A DNA stretch of 64,000 nucleotides, taken from positions 29,078,001-29,142,000 of the forward strand of contig CAIIXF020000001.1 of NCBI GenBank assembly GCA_903813345.2. The letters are read 5' to 3'. Each line of letters begins with the position of its first letter. Position 1 is the stretch's first letter. The translations under genes and the position numbers were made by a program. The notes beneath the pieces were generated by a model. The model had not been told where the DNA came from, ran no database searches, and saw only the letters and a list, made by a program, of their open reading frames with translations. Positions 24,801 through 39,800 of this stretch are shown piece by piece. The DNA is from Owenia fusiformis (taxonomy: Eukaryota).

Positions 24801-27800
24801 CCTGCCTGCATTTAGTAGTCATATATTGTCATGTGCATTATTTTGAAACCATATCCTAATTATTTCACAAACCCTTTTTTTGATTCTGCCATAGTTTCCA
24901 ATTTGTAAACAGCATTTAGCCTTTTTAATTGGGAACTTTTTTGAAATTTCCAAAATGGCTGCCATGTGATTCCAGAATTAACATGAGTGTGACGTGACAT
25001 CACAGTTGCTCGTTCCTAGGTAACAACAAGATCACAATTGCTCGTTTCTAGATAGCAACAAGATTTTTGATAAAATGGCACAGAATTACCCTGATTAACA
25101 CCCTTAAAATCCGATTTTCAAAGAATATATTTGGAGAAACAATAAAAGGTAAGTGGAATAAATTAGAAGATGGTTTCAAGTTACCACAGAAGTCAATTTG
25201 AAACTCAAGAATGCTTTCTTTGACTCATAATTACAAAAAAGTCGAGTGACATTTTAGATGGAGAATTTCTTAGTAACATACACATATGGTAGTCTTGCCA
25301 CTGACCCTTGTTTTCCCTAGTAACATGGTGGTTCAAGATTTCAGACCCATCTTTCTCACATAGATTGCTGAACTTATTTCAGTTAAGAATTCCTAATAGA
25401 ATTAAGAATTAATAGCTGAAACTGTTCTGTTTGTCCTAGCAAACAATATCCCAATATGCATTTGAAATTCATTTTTGTCTATATGTGTTGACAGTCTGTG
25501 ATGTCATCATCAATCATCACAATGGGAATTAGGTGAATTCTATCTGTGACAGTGAGATTATCTATGATGTCACATAGTAGTTTGATTTCTAAGAAATGTG
25601 GCAGAGTTCTATCTATGACAGAGATGCTTTGTGATGTCATCATGAATTATCTTGTTTCCATTGTGATGATTGATGATGTCATCAGAGTACTTTGTGATGT
25701 CATCGTGAATTACCTCATTTCTATTGTGATGATTGATGATGACATCACAGACTGTCAACAAATAGACAGAAGAAGTTGAACTACAAGTTGGAAAATTGTT
25801 TGCTAGGGCAAAACAACTCAGTTTCAGCTAATAATTCTTAATTCTATTAGGAATTCTTAACTAACAATGGTTCAGCAATCTGTGCCAGAATGATGGGTCT
25901 TAAATCTTGAACTACCATTAAACATCACTTCCAAAACAATACCAGCATAAAATGGAGTATCTCTTTTTATGCTCAGCATAAAATGGGACATCACTTTTTA
26001 TGCCAGCATAAAATGGGATATCACTTTTTATGCCAGCATAAAATGGGATATCACTTTTTATGCCAGCATAAAATGGGACATCACTTTTTATGCCGGGCAT
26101 AAAAAGTGATATCAAAAAATTACTTTTTTTAAAAATCAACAAATCCGGGTATTTGTTACAGTCCATTTTTATATAATCCGCTGTTGTATGTTACTGGGGA
26201 ACACAAGGCCCAGAGGCAAGACTACCTTGTGGCGAGCAGTGCAAGGCACGGTGACTGATTCTAATAGCAGGGTCTTAGTTTTATAACGTGGGAGGTCTTA
26301 GTTTTATAACGTGGGGGGTCTTAGTTTTATAACAGGGTCTTAGTTTTATAACATGGGGGGTCTTAGTTTTATAACGTGGGGGGTCTTAGTTTTATAACAG
26401 GGTCTTAGTTTTATAACGTGGGGGGTCTTAGTTTTATAACAGGGTCTTAGTTTTATAACGTGGGGGGTCTTAGTTTTATAACAGGGTCTTAGTTTTATAA
26501 CGTGGGGGGTCTTAGTTTTACAACAGGGTCTTAGTTTTATAGCGTGGGGGGTCTTAGTTTTATAACAGGGTCTTAGTTTTATAACGTGGGGGGTCTTAGT
26601 TTTATAACAGGGTCTTAGTTTTATAACGTGGGGGGTCTTAGTTTTATAACAGGGTCTTAGTTTTATAACGTGGGGGGTCTTAGTTTTATAACAGGGTCTT
26701 AGTTTTATAACGTGGGGGGTCTTAGTTTTATAACAGGGTCTTAGTTTTATAACGTGGGGGGTCTTAGTTTTACAACAGGGTCTTAGTTTTATAGCGTGGG
26801 GGGTCTTAGTTTTATAACAGGGTCTTAGTTTTATAACGTGGGGGGTCTTAGTTTTATAACAGGGTCTTAGTTTTATAACGTGGGGGGTCTTAGTTTTATA
26901 ACAGGGTCTTAGTTTTATAATGTGGGGGGTCTTAGTTTTATAACAGGGTCTTAGTTTTATAACGTGGGGGGTCTTAGTTTTATAACAGGGTCTTAGTTTT
27001 ATAACGTGGGGGGTCTTAGTTTTATAACAGGGTCTTAGTTTTATAACGTGGGGGGTCTTAGTTTTATAACAGGGTCTTAGTTTTATAACGTGGGGGTCTT
27101 AGTTTTATAACAGGGTCTTAGTTTTATTACATGGGGGGTCTTAGTTTTATAACAGGGTCTTAGTTTTATAACGTGGGGGGTCTTAGTTTTGTAGGTCTTA
27201 GGTCTTTGTTTTGTAGACACCCAATCAATATCAACAATATCAGCATGATTGAGTGGGGCCTTCCTGATCAGTGATTATAAGCCTATAAAATATTTTTTTA
27301 TTTGAAGATAATCAAAGCTGGTAAACAGGCATTCAAGTTTTAGCAAAAAATTCATATAAAATATCATCAGGAGGGAAAAAATCTCTTGTTGTTCCCCTAC
27401 ATTTTCTACAGTTATAGTAAAAATCTCAATGGCCATTTTGAATTTGGATTCTCTTAGACAGACACTGTTAACCTCATAAAGCAGGTTTATCTTAACTTTG
27501 ACTCAAATGTAGGGGAGTCTTTTATTTCATCCAAAAAATAAGTTGTTTTTTGAGTAGTGAAAACACATTCTGGAACAAATGTTCTTTCATACTCCCAGAA
27601 AATTAATCAAGGCATTAACACGACAAAATGTCACCACCTAGTTGCTCACCATATCATTAGTTCAATCTTAAGTCAGATTTGAATTTCTGTAAACAATTTA
27701 AAAAAGACCTTTTTTGACCCTGAGAAGGTCGTAGAAGATGAAATCTCAAATCTTAAGTCAGATTTGAACTTCTGAGAACTTGTAGATGATTTTGAAAAAA

Positions 27801-30800
27801 GATAGTCAATTTGAAGCAAGTTCAAGAGGCCTTTTTGACCTTGAGAAGGTCATTGAAGGTCAGATTTTCAGCTCTTAAGTCAGATTTTAACTTCTGATAA
27901 CTTGCAGATGATTTTGAAAAAAATGGTCAATTTGAAGCAAGTTGAAAAAATACCTTTTTGACTTTTTTTGACCTTGAAAAGATCATTGAACAGTAGAAAT
28001 GTTTTCACATGTGCAAAGCTCTATTTAGTGATATTTTCATTTCAAATATGGTGGTCAATCCGATGTCTGACAACCCTTACAAACAGCAGCTTGTCATTCA
28101 CGTATACACGCTTAGCAAACATAGCAAAATGATCTGAATTTTGGATTTTTGTTCGAGAGCTAGTAATGATTTTTAAGTGTCTTCATCATAAGTGTTCATC
28201 AGACTTTGCGCATGCTTAGGAGAAAATCATTGACCAATCAAGTTTATAAATTAATTTTGCGCATGCGTCTTACAAGGGTGCAGAAATTCGTATTTATAAA
28301 TGAAACAATTTGAGATAACCTGATATCAGTCGGAAAAATCTGACGATCTACAGATACTCACTTCAAAAAATCAAAAGCGCACTGACGGCTTATTCTACTA
28401 TGCTGGAAGTCTTTTGGGATCTTTCGAATGAGGTAAGTCTCTAGTTAGAAAGACAATCAACTTGAACAAAAGTTGAGTTTTGAAGAAAAATTCTAATATG
28501 CACTGAAGACCCATTTTAGTAATACCATATTGAAGTTCTGAAAACTTGTAGATGATTTTGAAAAAAATTGAAGTCTGTCTCAACAGTATTTGTTAAGTAA
28601 TTGGAAGTTCTAAGAATTTGTTACAGATGCCAACCGCCACCTGCCGATCACCAACCACCAATCACCAACCACCAACTGTTGCCACAAAAAAATGGTGAAC
28701 ATAACAATATGTCACCATTTTTTGGCGGTGACATAATGAAACTGGACTGATATAAATATCATAAGCAGTAACACACAAATCGATGATTTTCAAGTTGAGC
28801 TACGAATGAATTTTGGTTGGCTAGCTAAGAATCATTTGGAATTTAGAAAGTAGATAATAGACAAGGAATAACATAAGTAGAAGAATGATTTTTGAAAAAG
28901 TTACATAAAATTGAACTTACTGAAGTATTAGCATCTATACTTTCAAACATTACAATTGGCACAGTAATTTGTTGTGTTGCAGATTTCTTAAACCAGTTAA
29001 TCCCTTCTTTTCCACGTCTGAAATTAAAAAAGGAAAAATAATGAGATTTTGATTTGTTGAACTTGATGATATAATGAAAAAAATGATATTGAGATTGCTA
29101 CAAATCTGATTGCCCGCGTGGCATAAATATATCTTGTATTGATTGCAGGATTCTTAATGCTCTCCAATGTCACTGTATCACACACTTTGATGTCAGACCT
29201 TTTCTGCTAAAAAGATTTAAAGATTTCACATAAAAAGTATGGCACCTTATGAAATACTGACTTACTGGGGCGCAATATTTTATGTATTTGAATCATTGAA
29301 TAATCAAATATAAAATAATACCAAATATATTTACTTCAAACAGACACTTAATCCTATTCCAGCTAATAGGACTACAAAAACAGAAACAGCTGCAATTAGT
29401 CCCCAATGCCAGAGTCTCAGTCCTACAAAAATAAGAAATAGTAATTGACAACAAAAATCCACATGACACATCAATATCTGCATGTGCAATGCACTCTTGC
29501 AGAGAGTGTACCAAATGTAGCAGACTAGGAGATGAGTACCATTACATTTTAGAATGTAAACTTTTTGAAGATGACAGAAAAATACTTCTAGATAACTACT
29601 TCATTAGACAACCAAATATGTTAAAATTTAAAAGTTTGTTGTCTAATATTAAATATTCTGTGCAATTAAGTAAATTGATGAAGATTATTGGTGGTAGTGA
29701 ATTAAACTAAACTGTATTATCATTGTATGTATATGTACTATTTTATACTCACAAGTGTGGGTAGAAATAAGGAAAAAGAAAAGAAAAAAGAAAGATACTG
29801 ATATCAATCCATGAATAAAAAGGCATTAACGTGCAAAATAACACCACCTAGTTGGTCACAATATTGTGAGTTTAAATCTGAAGTCAGATTTGAACTTCTG
29901 AGAACTTAAATGATTTTGAAAAATAAAAAAAGGTCAATTTGAAGCAAGTTGAAAAATACCTTTTTGACCTTTTATGAAAGATTTGAACTTTTAAGAACTT
30001 GTATATGATTTTGAAAAAAAATTGATTCGGATTTGAACTTATGAAAACTTGTAGATGATTTTGAAAAAAAATGAAAACAGTCTAATCAGTACTTGTTAAG
30101 TTATTGGAAGTTGTAATAGTTTGTTACAGACGCTGACAATATGTCACCACTTTTGGTGGTAACATAATGGTGTTACATTACTATCAATTTATGAATAGAA
30201 TGATATTAATATCAATTCCTGAATAATGATATTAATGTCAACTCATGAATAAACAAGGCATTATGATGCAAAATGTCACCAGCTGTCATCTGTTACAGAC
30301 ACAAACACCAACAACCAAACACCATCCACAAAATGTATGGTTAAACACAATGTGTGAATATGATTTAAGAGAAATATTACCTATGAATCTTGAAGTGACA
30401 ATCACACATTTACTTGGATAACTCTGATGACCTCCCTCAGAGTATGATGACATCTCAACACAATATTTACCCTCTGGTACTCCTGGTATTGTTACCCGGA
30501 GTTTGTTTGCTCCGGTAACATTATGTACTGTGACTGAAAAAGGAAATGTGCTAGGTATTACTTAAGCCACCTTTAGGAAGTCCACGGAACCAATCAGAAC
30601 TCTCTGCTTCATCACGTGACAAAATATTGAAAATGTCTATACGGACTGAATAAATATCGCATCATTGATTGGGCGATTGGTTTTTTGGTATCTCACAAAA
30701 CTCTGCGGGCAACTGCCAGGAGGGGCAATATTGAGAGTGAACTCAGCTGGGGTTTATTTACACAGTGGCCGGTTAAATCGGGCAGATTTATCAAGGTGAG

Positions 30801-33800
30801 GTAGGAACAATCGAAACCTTGTGAATCAAGATGGCTAATACTGTATATGGAAAGTATCAAGTTAATGTGTAGAAGACAATGTCATTAGATTGCTACTCAC
30901 CATTAGAAATATCATTCTCTGGATAGTAGCGGATAATCCATCCTAAGACTGGATATTTCATCTCACTACATAGATATGATTTCCATGAGACAGTTAAGCT
31001 TTCACTGATACCAGAGTCATCAATGGCAACAACTTCTTTAGGAGCTTTAACCCTTGCTGAATACAACAAAAGCAATTTAATTGAGGGTTGAGGTTTAATT
31101 GTGGTTAAGGGTTTGCCAAGGACATTTGGTTAATATATTGTAACTGTAACTTGTAAGTATGTACATGTAACTCATTTGTCTATTTACCAGCTGTTTTTAA
31201 TATCAGCTTGTTTTAAATACAGATTATAAACATGTAATTGTTTTGGTCACCATCTGTATTAACCCCTCTGATAGGTTAAAATCTTAATACTGTAATATAA
31301 TATGAGCTGTACTATTTTTAAGCATGTGACTTCTTTTATACTTACGTATGGAATAATCATACAAGCAATCTGCCCAATTTATCCCAGAATGGATCTTCCC
31401 ATTAAATACTGACACACCATATAAGTTATTAGTTGCCCCTTCTAAACTCATCATATGGCTTGTTACCCCATACTCCAAGACTTGAAGTACAATGGGTTTC
31501 TGAAATAATGTCCATAAAATACATCCATTCAAACATGCAACAAAGCTTCCAATCAATTAGACTGTTCCATTAAAGGATTATAAATAAATACTCAATTGAT
31601 ACAAGAGCTTATATGTAGAAGTTCTCTTCAAATATATTTTACAATTAAAATCAATTTAATGTCTATTTATCTTTGTTATTCCCTTATTATAAAAGTGACA
31701 ACAAGTGAGTGATTGCAAAAGCTCACCATGTGAGCTAATGAACTACATATACAATGTTAGCTGTATCCAAAATAGCTACAACAAACTATCAACTGTATGC
31801 ACTCTGCTCCTCACCTTTCCATTACAAACTTTGTCACTGAACCCCTGTCTTGGACAATATACTACAGTTGCTTGTTCTGATGGCCCAATATTGAACCTCA
31901 CTGTGACGTTATTTATATCACTGAGGGCAACAAGTTGTTGAACAGGAAACACTGGAAAAGTGAATCATTTACCAAATGAGTACTGCTTGCACAGATTGAT
32001 AAGTGTCTGATACGACTAAGATGTTGTATGAATAGAGGTAATGATAAAAAGGGATACATTTTTATGAAACTACAGTATATTCAATGATCCATTTAAAAAA
32101 CGATCAGATTTAAAGGGACATTCCTTCATAACCTGTTCATAACTGAATTGAATACTTAATTTTTTTTATTGTAAACATCCATATAAAGATATCAACGGAG
32201 TTGGACTAAATGCATATTTGACATAACGACTGTTTTTGCCACATATTCATTTTGTATGATTACATTAGATGCATCATAAGAATATTCATGAAATATGACC
32301 AAAACAAAAAATAAATGTTTCACAGCAATGAGTTCATTTTCACTTACCTTGTTCAGCTCTGGGTACTTCAATAAAGTTTTGTAAGGTAGAACTATACCCA
32401 ACTTCAGTTCTACACTCAACCACCAATCTGTATACACGGTCCTGTTTTAATGTGGTGGAGCACATGTTCCTATCTGCAGGAACAACACACAGAGTTGCAG
32501 CATTATATGAGATTGTAGGACCATCTTCTGATACATCACGGACACGACAATCTTTAAGAATGCCATTCTTATCTTCTTGTGGGATATCCTTCAATAAATA
32601 CAAATCTTCTGTCTAGCTCCTGTGCCACAAGTTCCCCACCCATCCTCAACAATTACATAGTGAGTCAAATCAAATCAAAAAGAGTTCATACAATATTGAC
32701 AATGTATATTTTGTATGACAAATTTAAACTAATTAATAATTTTCAATATTCATTAATATTATGAGGGAGTTTATCCTACAGGTTACCTCCCAATACAGAA
32801 CAACTGTTCGTGTGGAATCAGTTTGATTCAAGTTTCTTATTTCAAATCCACCTCCATGGACGCCTGGCCCTCTAGCAGGGACTGAAACAAACAGCTAAGT
32901 GTCAATATTCTAGCACAAAGCATGTACATAACATAAAGCATGTACATAAATTTAAACAAACATTTATTAGTTTACATGACATCTTAATATGCAATAGTAA
33001 CTCACTGTCTTGTTTAGTCCTTGCTTTGTCCTGTTTACTGTCACTCCATGCTTCAGGATCAGAGCTATTCCTAGAGGCGACCTTAACAGTCACATCAAAA
33101 GTGTAGTTTTGATATGGATGTAGCCCTTCCACAAGAAACCAAGTCCTGTCTGTCTCACCAGCATTCTGAAAAATCAATTTGTAATCAAAAAAGGTAACTA
33201 GAAAACTCCATAGAGTAGCAAATCCCACCAAGCAAATCCCACCAAACAAAACATAGTAAATACCTTGTGAATCATTATGGACATTACATGATAGAAAAAG
33301 TAGTAGTATAAGCAAACACCCATGATGCCACATAATAAATTCTTTCTTGAGCAGATGTCTTATACAATAAAGCATAATCGTATAAAATTTCAACCAAAAG
33401 TTATTTCTTCCTTGGCATCAGTAAAATGTAAAATTGGAACCAAACCCACCTTCTAGTATTTGAGTTTAATATCAAACATTACATTTTTAAGAAAAATGGC
33501 AGCCATTTTGAAATTCAGTGGCCATCTTGAAAATTTCTTCTTGAGCAGAGTTATTTTATTTCTAGGCATCAGCATATAAGATTTGGACCAAATTTGAATT
33601 ATCAAAGATCACTTTTTTAAGAAAACTGATGGCCATTTTGAATTGCGCACCATATTGTAAATTCCTTCTTAAACAGAGACAAGAGGTGAACATTTTCTAA
33701 AAATCCTCTTTAAATTGGCTTAAGTTTTGTTTTGCCTAGTTATTCTATAACCCTTATCAATATAATATTTCTCAATCGCAGGATGTTTCTGACATAAAGT

Positions 33801-36800
33801 CAGAAATGTTTGACCTTGTATATGTAATTACCTAACTACTGAATAATATATAATCATTACATGAAGGCAATAAAGGTTTGTTTTTTGATTTGCTAGTTTT
33901 TTCACCTCCCACCCTCCTTAGATTTTGCCCTTCTTCAAGATGTTAAACAAATAATTGATTTAGAATGGCCTTACCTGCCATTGATGCTTGTCATCCCTCT
34001 TATATAGAACTCTGTACATGATTGATCTGATTGGTTTATCTCCATTTGGCTCCCAAGTAACATTGATTGCAACACTGCTGTCAACAATGAGCTTCACCTT
34101 ATTTACAGCATAAGGAACCACTGGAATAAGATAATATATTGGCTTTTTAGATAAATATATAAAGAAAAGCACCAACCATCTCAAAGGACGATTCTCGGTT
34201 TGGAGAACAGTCTCCTGGGCTAATAATTTTTTCAGGAAAAATATAGAAATATTACCCAAATTAAACTATGAATATTCAAAAGAGGACATTTAAATCTACA
34301 AGATGTAAAATTAACAAATTGGTCTGAAGCAGGGATAACGCTCAATTAGACCGATTCAATAAAATACAAGTCTCGATTTGGGGAAAGAAGTTCATCAGTG
34401 TACTGCGCTGATATTTTTTTGCGAAAAATCAAGAAATATTACCCAAATTAAATTATGACTATTCAAAAGAAGACATTCAAATCTATATTATGTAAAAAAA
34501 ATCAAATTTGTCCGAAGCAGGGATAATGCTCATTTAGATTGATGTTACTTCGTTCTCCAAACCGAGAATCGTCCTTTTGAATTGTTTTAGGTGGTAAAAT
34601 ACTTTTCATTAACAAATATTAAATTTAATTTAAACAAATTGTCCTCAGAGTTACAAAACTTCAGTGGGATAGCCATCTTGGATTTCATTGAGCATGGGAC
34701 ATTGGCTAATGAGTTGCCATGAAATCCTACTTCAGAGATTTATGCACCAGTCACCAATCATGTGGCATGAAGTAGTACATTTACTATGGGCTTCCGTATC
34801 TATGCTCTCTCTTGCAGTGGTTTTACAAATATCATTGGTCAAATCAATTTGTAAATAAAGGTAAAGCCTGGCAGAAATATGAGTAAAGTTACAATGATTT
34901 GAAGAACAGATGCAACTGGATTTATGCTCCTTGTCTTCAGATGTACATGGTGTCAAATCTCCAAAGCTTGGGTGCCTGCAAAAAACACAAAAGTTAATAT
35001 GACAACACAAATAATAGATTTAATAATAAATACTCACTGTGATCCTTCATATAGATCCTTTGAACTTGTTTTATAAGTCCTAGCTCATTCTCTATTGTCA
35101 GAAACAAATACAATATGGGCTGGCTCTGTATAATTCTCGAGAAATAACAATGATTCTCAGTACAGCTGCATATGGGGCTCACACCACATTGATACGGACC
35201 ATCGCCATATCTGTAAAACAGATATGCATGTACAAGGGCCGATCAAAAAGTTTCTTACCGTTGGCTCTAGATTTTATAATAAGAGGAGTTGGAAGCTCAA
35301 ACTATAACATGAGACAGGATAGTTAGTTTGCTTGAAACTGTACGAGTTTCATATAAATTGGTTCATTGGTAGTGACACAGAGTCAATACATATTTTCAAT
35401 GATTGAACCAGAACAACGGCAACGCCAAAGCGTAGCGAATCCCATCGAACAGCCATGGGTGGCATTTTTACAAACAAAGTATATAGCAAAAATGGCAGCC
35501 ATTTTTCAAAATGGCCGCCTTCTACCAAAAGTGTCATTAGACCATGTGCGATGCTTATAGTATTCATATACCAAATATGAACAAAATTGCTCCACTACTT
35601 TTCAAGTTATAGTAAAAACGTTAAAATGGCGGCCATTTTTCAAAATGGCCACCTTCTACCAAAAATGCCATAAGACAGTGTGCCGTGCTTATAGTATTTA
35701 CATACCAAATATAAACAAAATCGCTCCACTACTTTTCGAGTTATAGTAAAATACGTTAAAATGGTGGCCATTTTGAAAAATGACCGCCTTCTACCAAAAG
35801 TGTCATTAGACAGTGTGCCATGCTGACAGTATTCACATTCCAAATATTAACAAAATCGCTTCACTACTTTTCGAGTTATAGTAAAATACGTTAAAATGGC
35901 GGCCATTTTTCAAAATGGCCGCCTTCTTTCCAAAGTGTCATAGGACAGTGTGACATGCTTATAGTATTCACATACCAAATATGAACAAAATCGCTCCACT
36001 ACTTTTCGAGTTATAGTAAAATATGTTAAAATGGCGGCCATTTTGAAAAATGGCCGCCTTCTACCAAAAGCGTCATCAGACAGTGTGCCATGCTTATAGT
36101 ATTCACATACCAAATATGAACAAAATCGCTTCACTACTTTTCGAGTTATAGTAAAATACGTTAAAATGGCAGCCATTTTTCAAAATTTTTTTCAAAATGG
36201 CCGCCTTCTTTCAAAAGTGTCATAGGACAGTGTGTCATGCTTATAGTATTCACATACCAAATATGAACAAAATCGCTCCACTACTTTTCGAGTTATAGTA
36301 AAATATGTTAAAATGGCGGCCATTTTTCAAATTTTTTTTCAAAATAGCCGCCTTCTACCAAAAGTGTCATCAGACAGTGTACCATGCTTATAGTATTCAC
36401 ATACCATATATGAACAAAATCGCTTCACTACTTTTCAAGTTATAGTAAAATACGTTAAAATGGCGGCCATTTTTCAAATTTTTTTTCAAAATAGCCGCCT
36501 TCTACCAAAAGTGTGTCATGCTTATAGTATTCACATACCAAATATGAACAAAATCGCTCCACTACTTTTCGAGTTATAGTAAAATATGTTAAAATGGTGG
36601 CCATTTTTCAAAATGGCGGCCATTTTTCAAAATGGCCGCCTTCTACCAAAAGTGTCTTTAGACAGTGTGCAATGTTTATAGTATTCACATACCAAATATG
36701 AACAAAATCGCTCCACTACTTTTCGAGTTACAGCAAAAATCGCAAAATAACGAGTAAAGGCCGCCATTTTTCAAGATGGCTGCCATGTGCTACTTTAATA

Positions 36801-39800
36801 TCTACATTTCTAGCTTTATTAATGTCCTATATAATTTTTTTACATCTAAAACATATTGCTATTACAGTTTTACATATTGCACCTAAATTACTGTAAATTC
36901 GGCACTAAAATGGCTGCCATTTAGAAATGAGCGGCAATTTTGAAAATCGGCTTTCGAGCAGAACTTCTACATCCATAGGCTATATGTGTACAAAATATGA
37001 ACAAAATCGGGCCAACGGTATTTGAGTTATTGCCCGGACGGACGGACGTACGTACGGACGTACGTACGGACGGACGGATGGAGGCGTTCCCTATATCCCT
37101 CCGAACTTCGTTCGATGGGATAATTAGGTGGAGCAGCGTTTTTTATAATAAAATTATGCTAAGCTGCAGTTTTGGAAATTTCTAACACTAAGTAGTGTCA
37201 TCTGTCAACAGACTGTAGTTTAATCATGTTTAATTAGTTTTTCTGCTAATATTCATTCTCATTCAAAATATTCAACCCCAGTTGCAATGCACTTCCTATA
37301 TCTGTCCACTCGATCCAAAAACACGTGTTAAAGGCCTTCATATGAGAGGTTTTAAATGACGTTGGTAAATTTCCAGAACCACAACTTAGCAGATATTTTA
37401 TATATTACGCTGCTCCACCTAACTTTGTCATTGAAAATATGAATTGACTCTGTATCACTACCAATAAACTTATTTATATGAAACTTGTACAGTTTCAAGC
37501 AAACTAACTATCCTCTATAATGTTAAAGTTTGAGCTTCCAACTAAAATATTTCCATTTTTTGGACGCAAACTTTTTTTAGGTCAATACTACAATGTGTTT
37601 ACAACGATACCTAACAAAAACAAATAATTATGATCTCTCATCTTTATTTGAATCGTAAATAAGGCTCAACATGTTGAATATTTACAAATAATCATGATTC
37701 TCTCGAATTTTTTCGACTTTGTTTATTTTTAGATTTGAAACCATGACACGCCACAGTTTTTCCTATTCAGAAACAAATATTAGGTTATTCATGAAATAAA
37801 ATGTTTTCATTGTCGAATGAACGAACATGCATTTATTCAGTCCGTACTTCGTTTACTTCCATTTTAAATTCGCGGCAAGAAATCAAAAACTGAAAGGTGT
37901 TTTGGTAAAAAATGCTTTTAAAATAAAGTTATACCTCAAAACAGGCTAGAAATAGGGGACACACTTTTTTTTAAAAAATTGCGTCCTTGGGACTCACAAA
38001 TTTTCTAACCTAATGCAAGCGCTGTATATATACATTTACATTTCATACTGGGTGTCAAATAAATGTTATGTTGTTACTTGTAACAGTAAAACACAAAATG
38101 TATCATGATTAATAACAAACAAATCCCTTTTTGTTTAAAACATGAAATGAAAAGGTTACATTAAATCTACAATTTGCGGTTAGTAGTATAAATTGTGATT
38201 AATTAGTTATAAGTTGCACCTATAAGACCTGTCAAAATACCATTTAACCAATAACTAATCGCAATAGTTTTCAAATGTTGTTTTTTGATTTGTGGATGAA
38301 ATATGAACAAAATTGCTGACTGCTACTTTTCAAGTTATAGTAAAAAAGCTAAATAATACTTGTTAAAATGGTGACCATTTTTCAAAATGGCTGCCTTCTT
38401 CTCAAAGTGTCATTAAACCTGTGCCTGCATATAGTATTAACATATCAAATATGAGCAAAATCGCTCTACTACCTTTCGAGTTATAGTAAAAAATGTAAAC
38501 TAACACAGATAAAAATGGCAGCCTTTTTTCAAAATGGTCGCCTTCTACCAAAAGTGTCATTAGACAGTGTGTCATGCTTATAGTTAGTATCCACATACCA
38601 AATATGAACAAAATCACTCCACTACTTTTCAAGTTACAGCAAAAAATGTAAAATAACATATAAAGACTGCCATTTTTTAAGATGGCTGCCATGTGCTTCT
38701 TAAATGCTTTATTAATGTCCTGTAAAAATTTTATACATTTAAAACATATTGTTACTACAGTGTTTTTTATATATTGTACCTAAATTACTGTAAAATCAGC
38801 ACTAAAATGGCAGCCATTTTTGAATGAGCGGCCATTTTGAAAATGGCTTTCGAGCAGAATTTAAACTCCCATAGGGCATACTGTACGCCCGGTATTATTC
38901 GCGTGCGATTAACTTTCGCGCTTTTCGCGAGGGTGTTAAAATCGCGAAAAATTATCGTCGCAAAATTGCCAATTAAATCTCCGGTAATTTGTTTTTACCC
39001 GGGGCTCTGATGCATTTCGTTTTGTCTACTAGTTTGGATCGAGTTATAGTACTTCAATAGTACTGTGCAACTCCATGACTTTACTATGCGCATGCGCGGC
39101 AATGAAAGAGCACGTGCGCACGATTGTTCACGTGATCGTAGCTTGCAATTTGATTGGACATCATATACTGGGGAATCCCCGAATACGTTAAAATACAGTA
39201 TTCGCGAAATTTAATAGCCGCGAAACCGTGTTTTCGCAAAATTCGCGAAATTAAAGCTCGCGAATAATACCGGGCGTACAGTATGTGTACAAAATATGAA
39301 CAAAATCAGGCGAACGGTATTTGAGTTATTGCCTGGACGGACAGACGGAGGCGTTACCTATATCCTTTTGAACTTCGTTTGATGGGATCCACAGATACTA
39401 GTTTTCTGCATGAAAAAAATCAAAATTCTGCAAAAAATTCTGCAAGAAAAAAAGCAAATTCTGCAAGTCAGCTACTTTCTAGGTAAGAACTGTGCGTCAT
39501 TAGCGAACTCGCTTTAGCGAATTTAAACGTGATAGAATGTTGAATTTCACGGTGAAATCGTACTTGTACTCAATAATGATTGATTGTTGGACATAAACAG
39601 ACACTCTTCAAATACCCCGCAAAGGTAGGAGATCGTAAAATATGTAATTTCTGGAAATTCTGGTAATTCTGCGGGATTTTCATGAAAATCAGGGATTCTG
39701 CAAAAAAATTGAAGTTTTGTCAAATTCCGTCCACGCTGCGGAGTGACAAGAAATACTGAAAATGGACAAAAATCTATTTATTGGAACATGTGAACAAATC

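Larger units (their letters stand above)
22762..27222. mobile_element. Foldback-type (MULE-like) element with satellite-filled inverted arms
   Basis: GGGTGTCTACAAAAC...GTTTTGTAGACACCC termini; 10-bp TSD AATCAATATC; 42-bp (23+19) arrays in opposite orientation. Confidence 0.9.

Noticed and set aside
22800-27190. CRISPR-like regular array and repetitive ORFs 22693..22935, 24381..24719, 24418..24768, 25918..26166
   Set aside because: No unique spacers, eukaryotic context; the ORFs are translations of 42-, 75- and 30-bp tandem repeats in a transposon.
34785-35210. Exons 5a and 5b as consecutive constitutive exons, or the 62-nt intron retained
   Set aside because: Phases are incompatible (1 to 2), and the retained intron has an in-frame stop at 34994.
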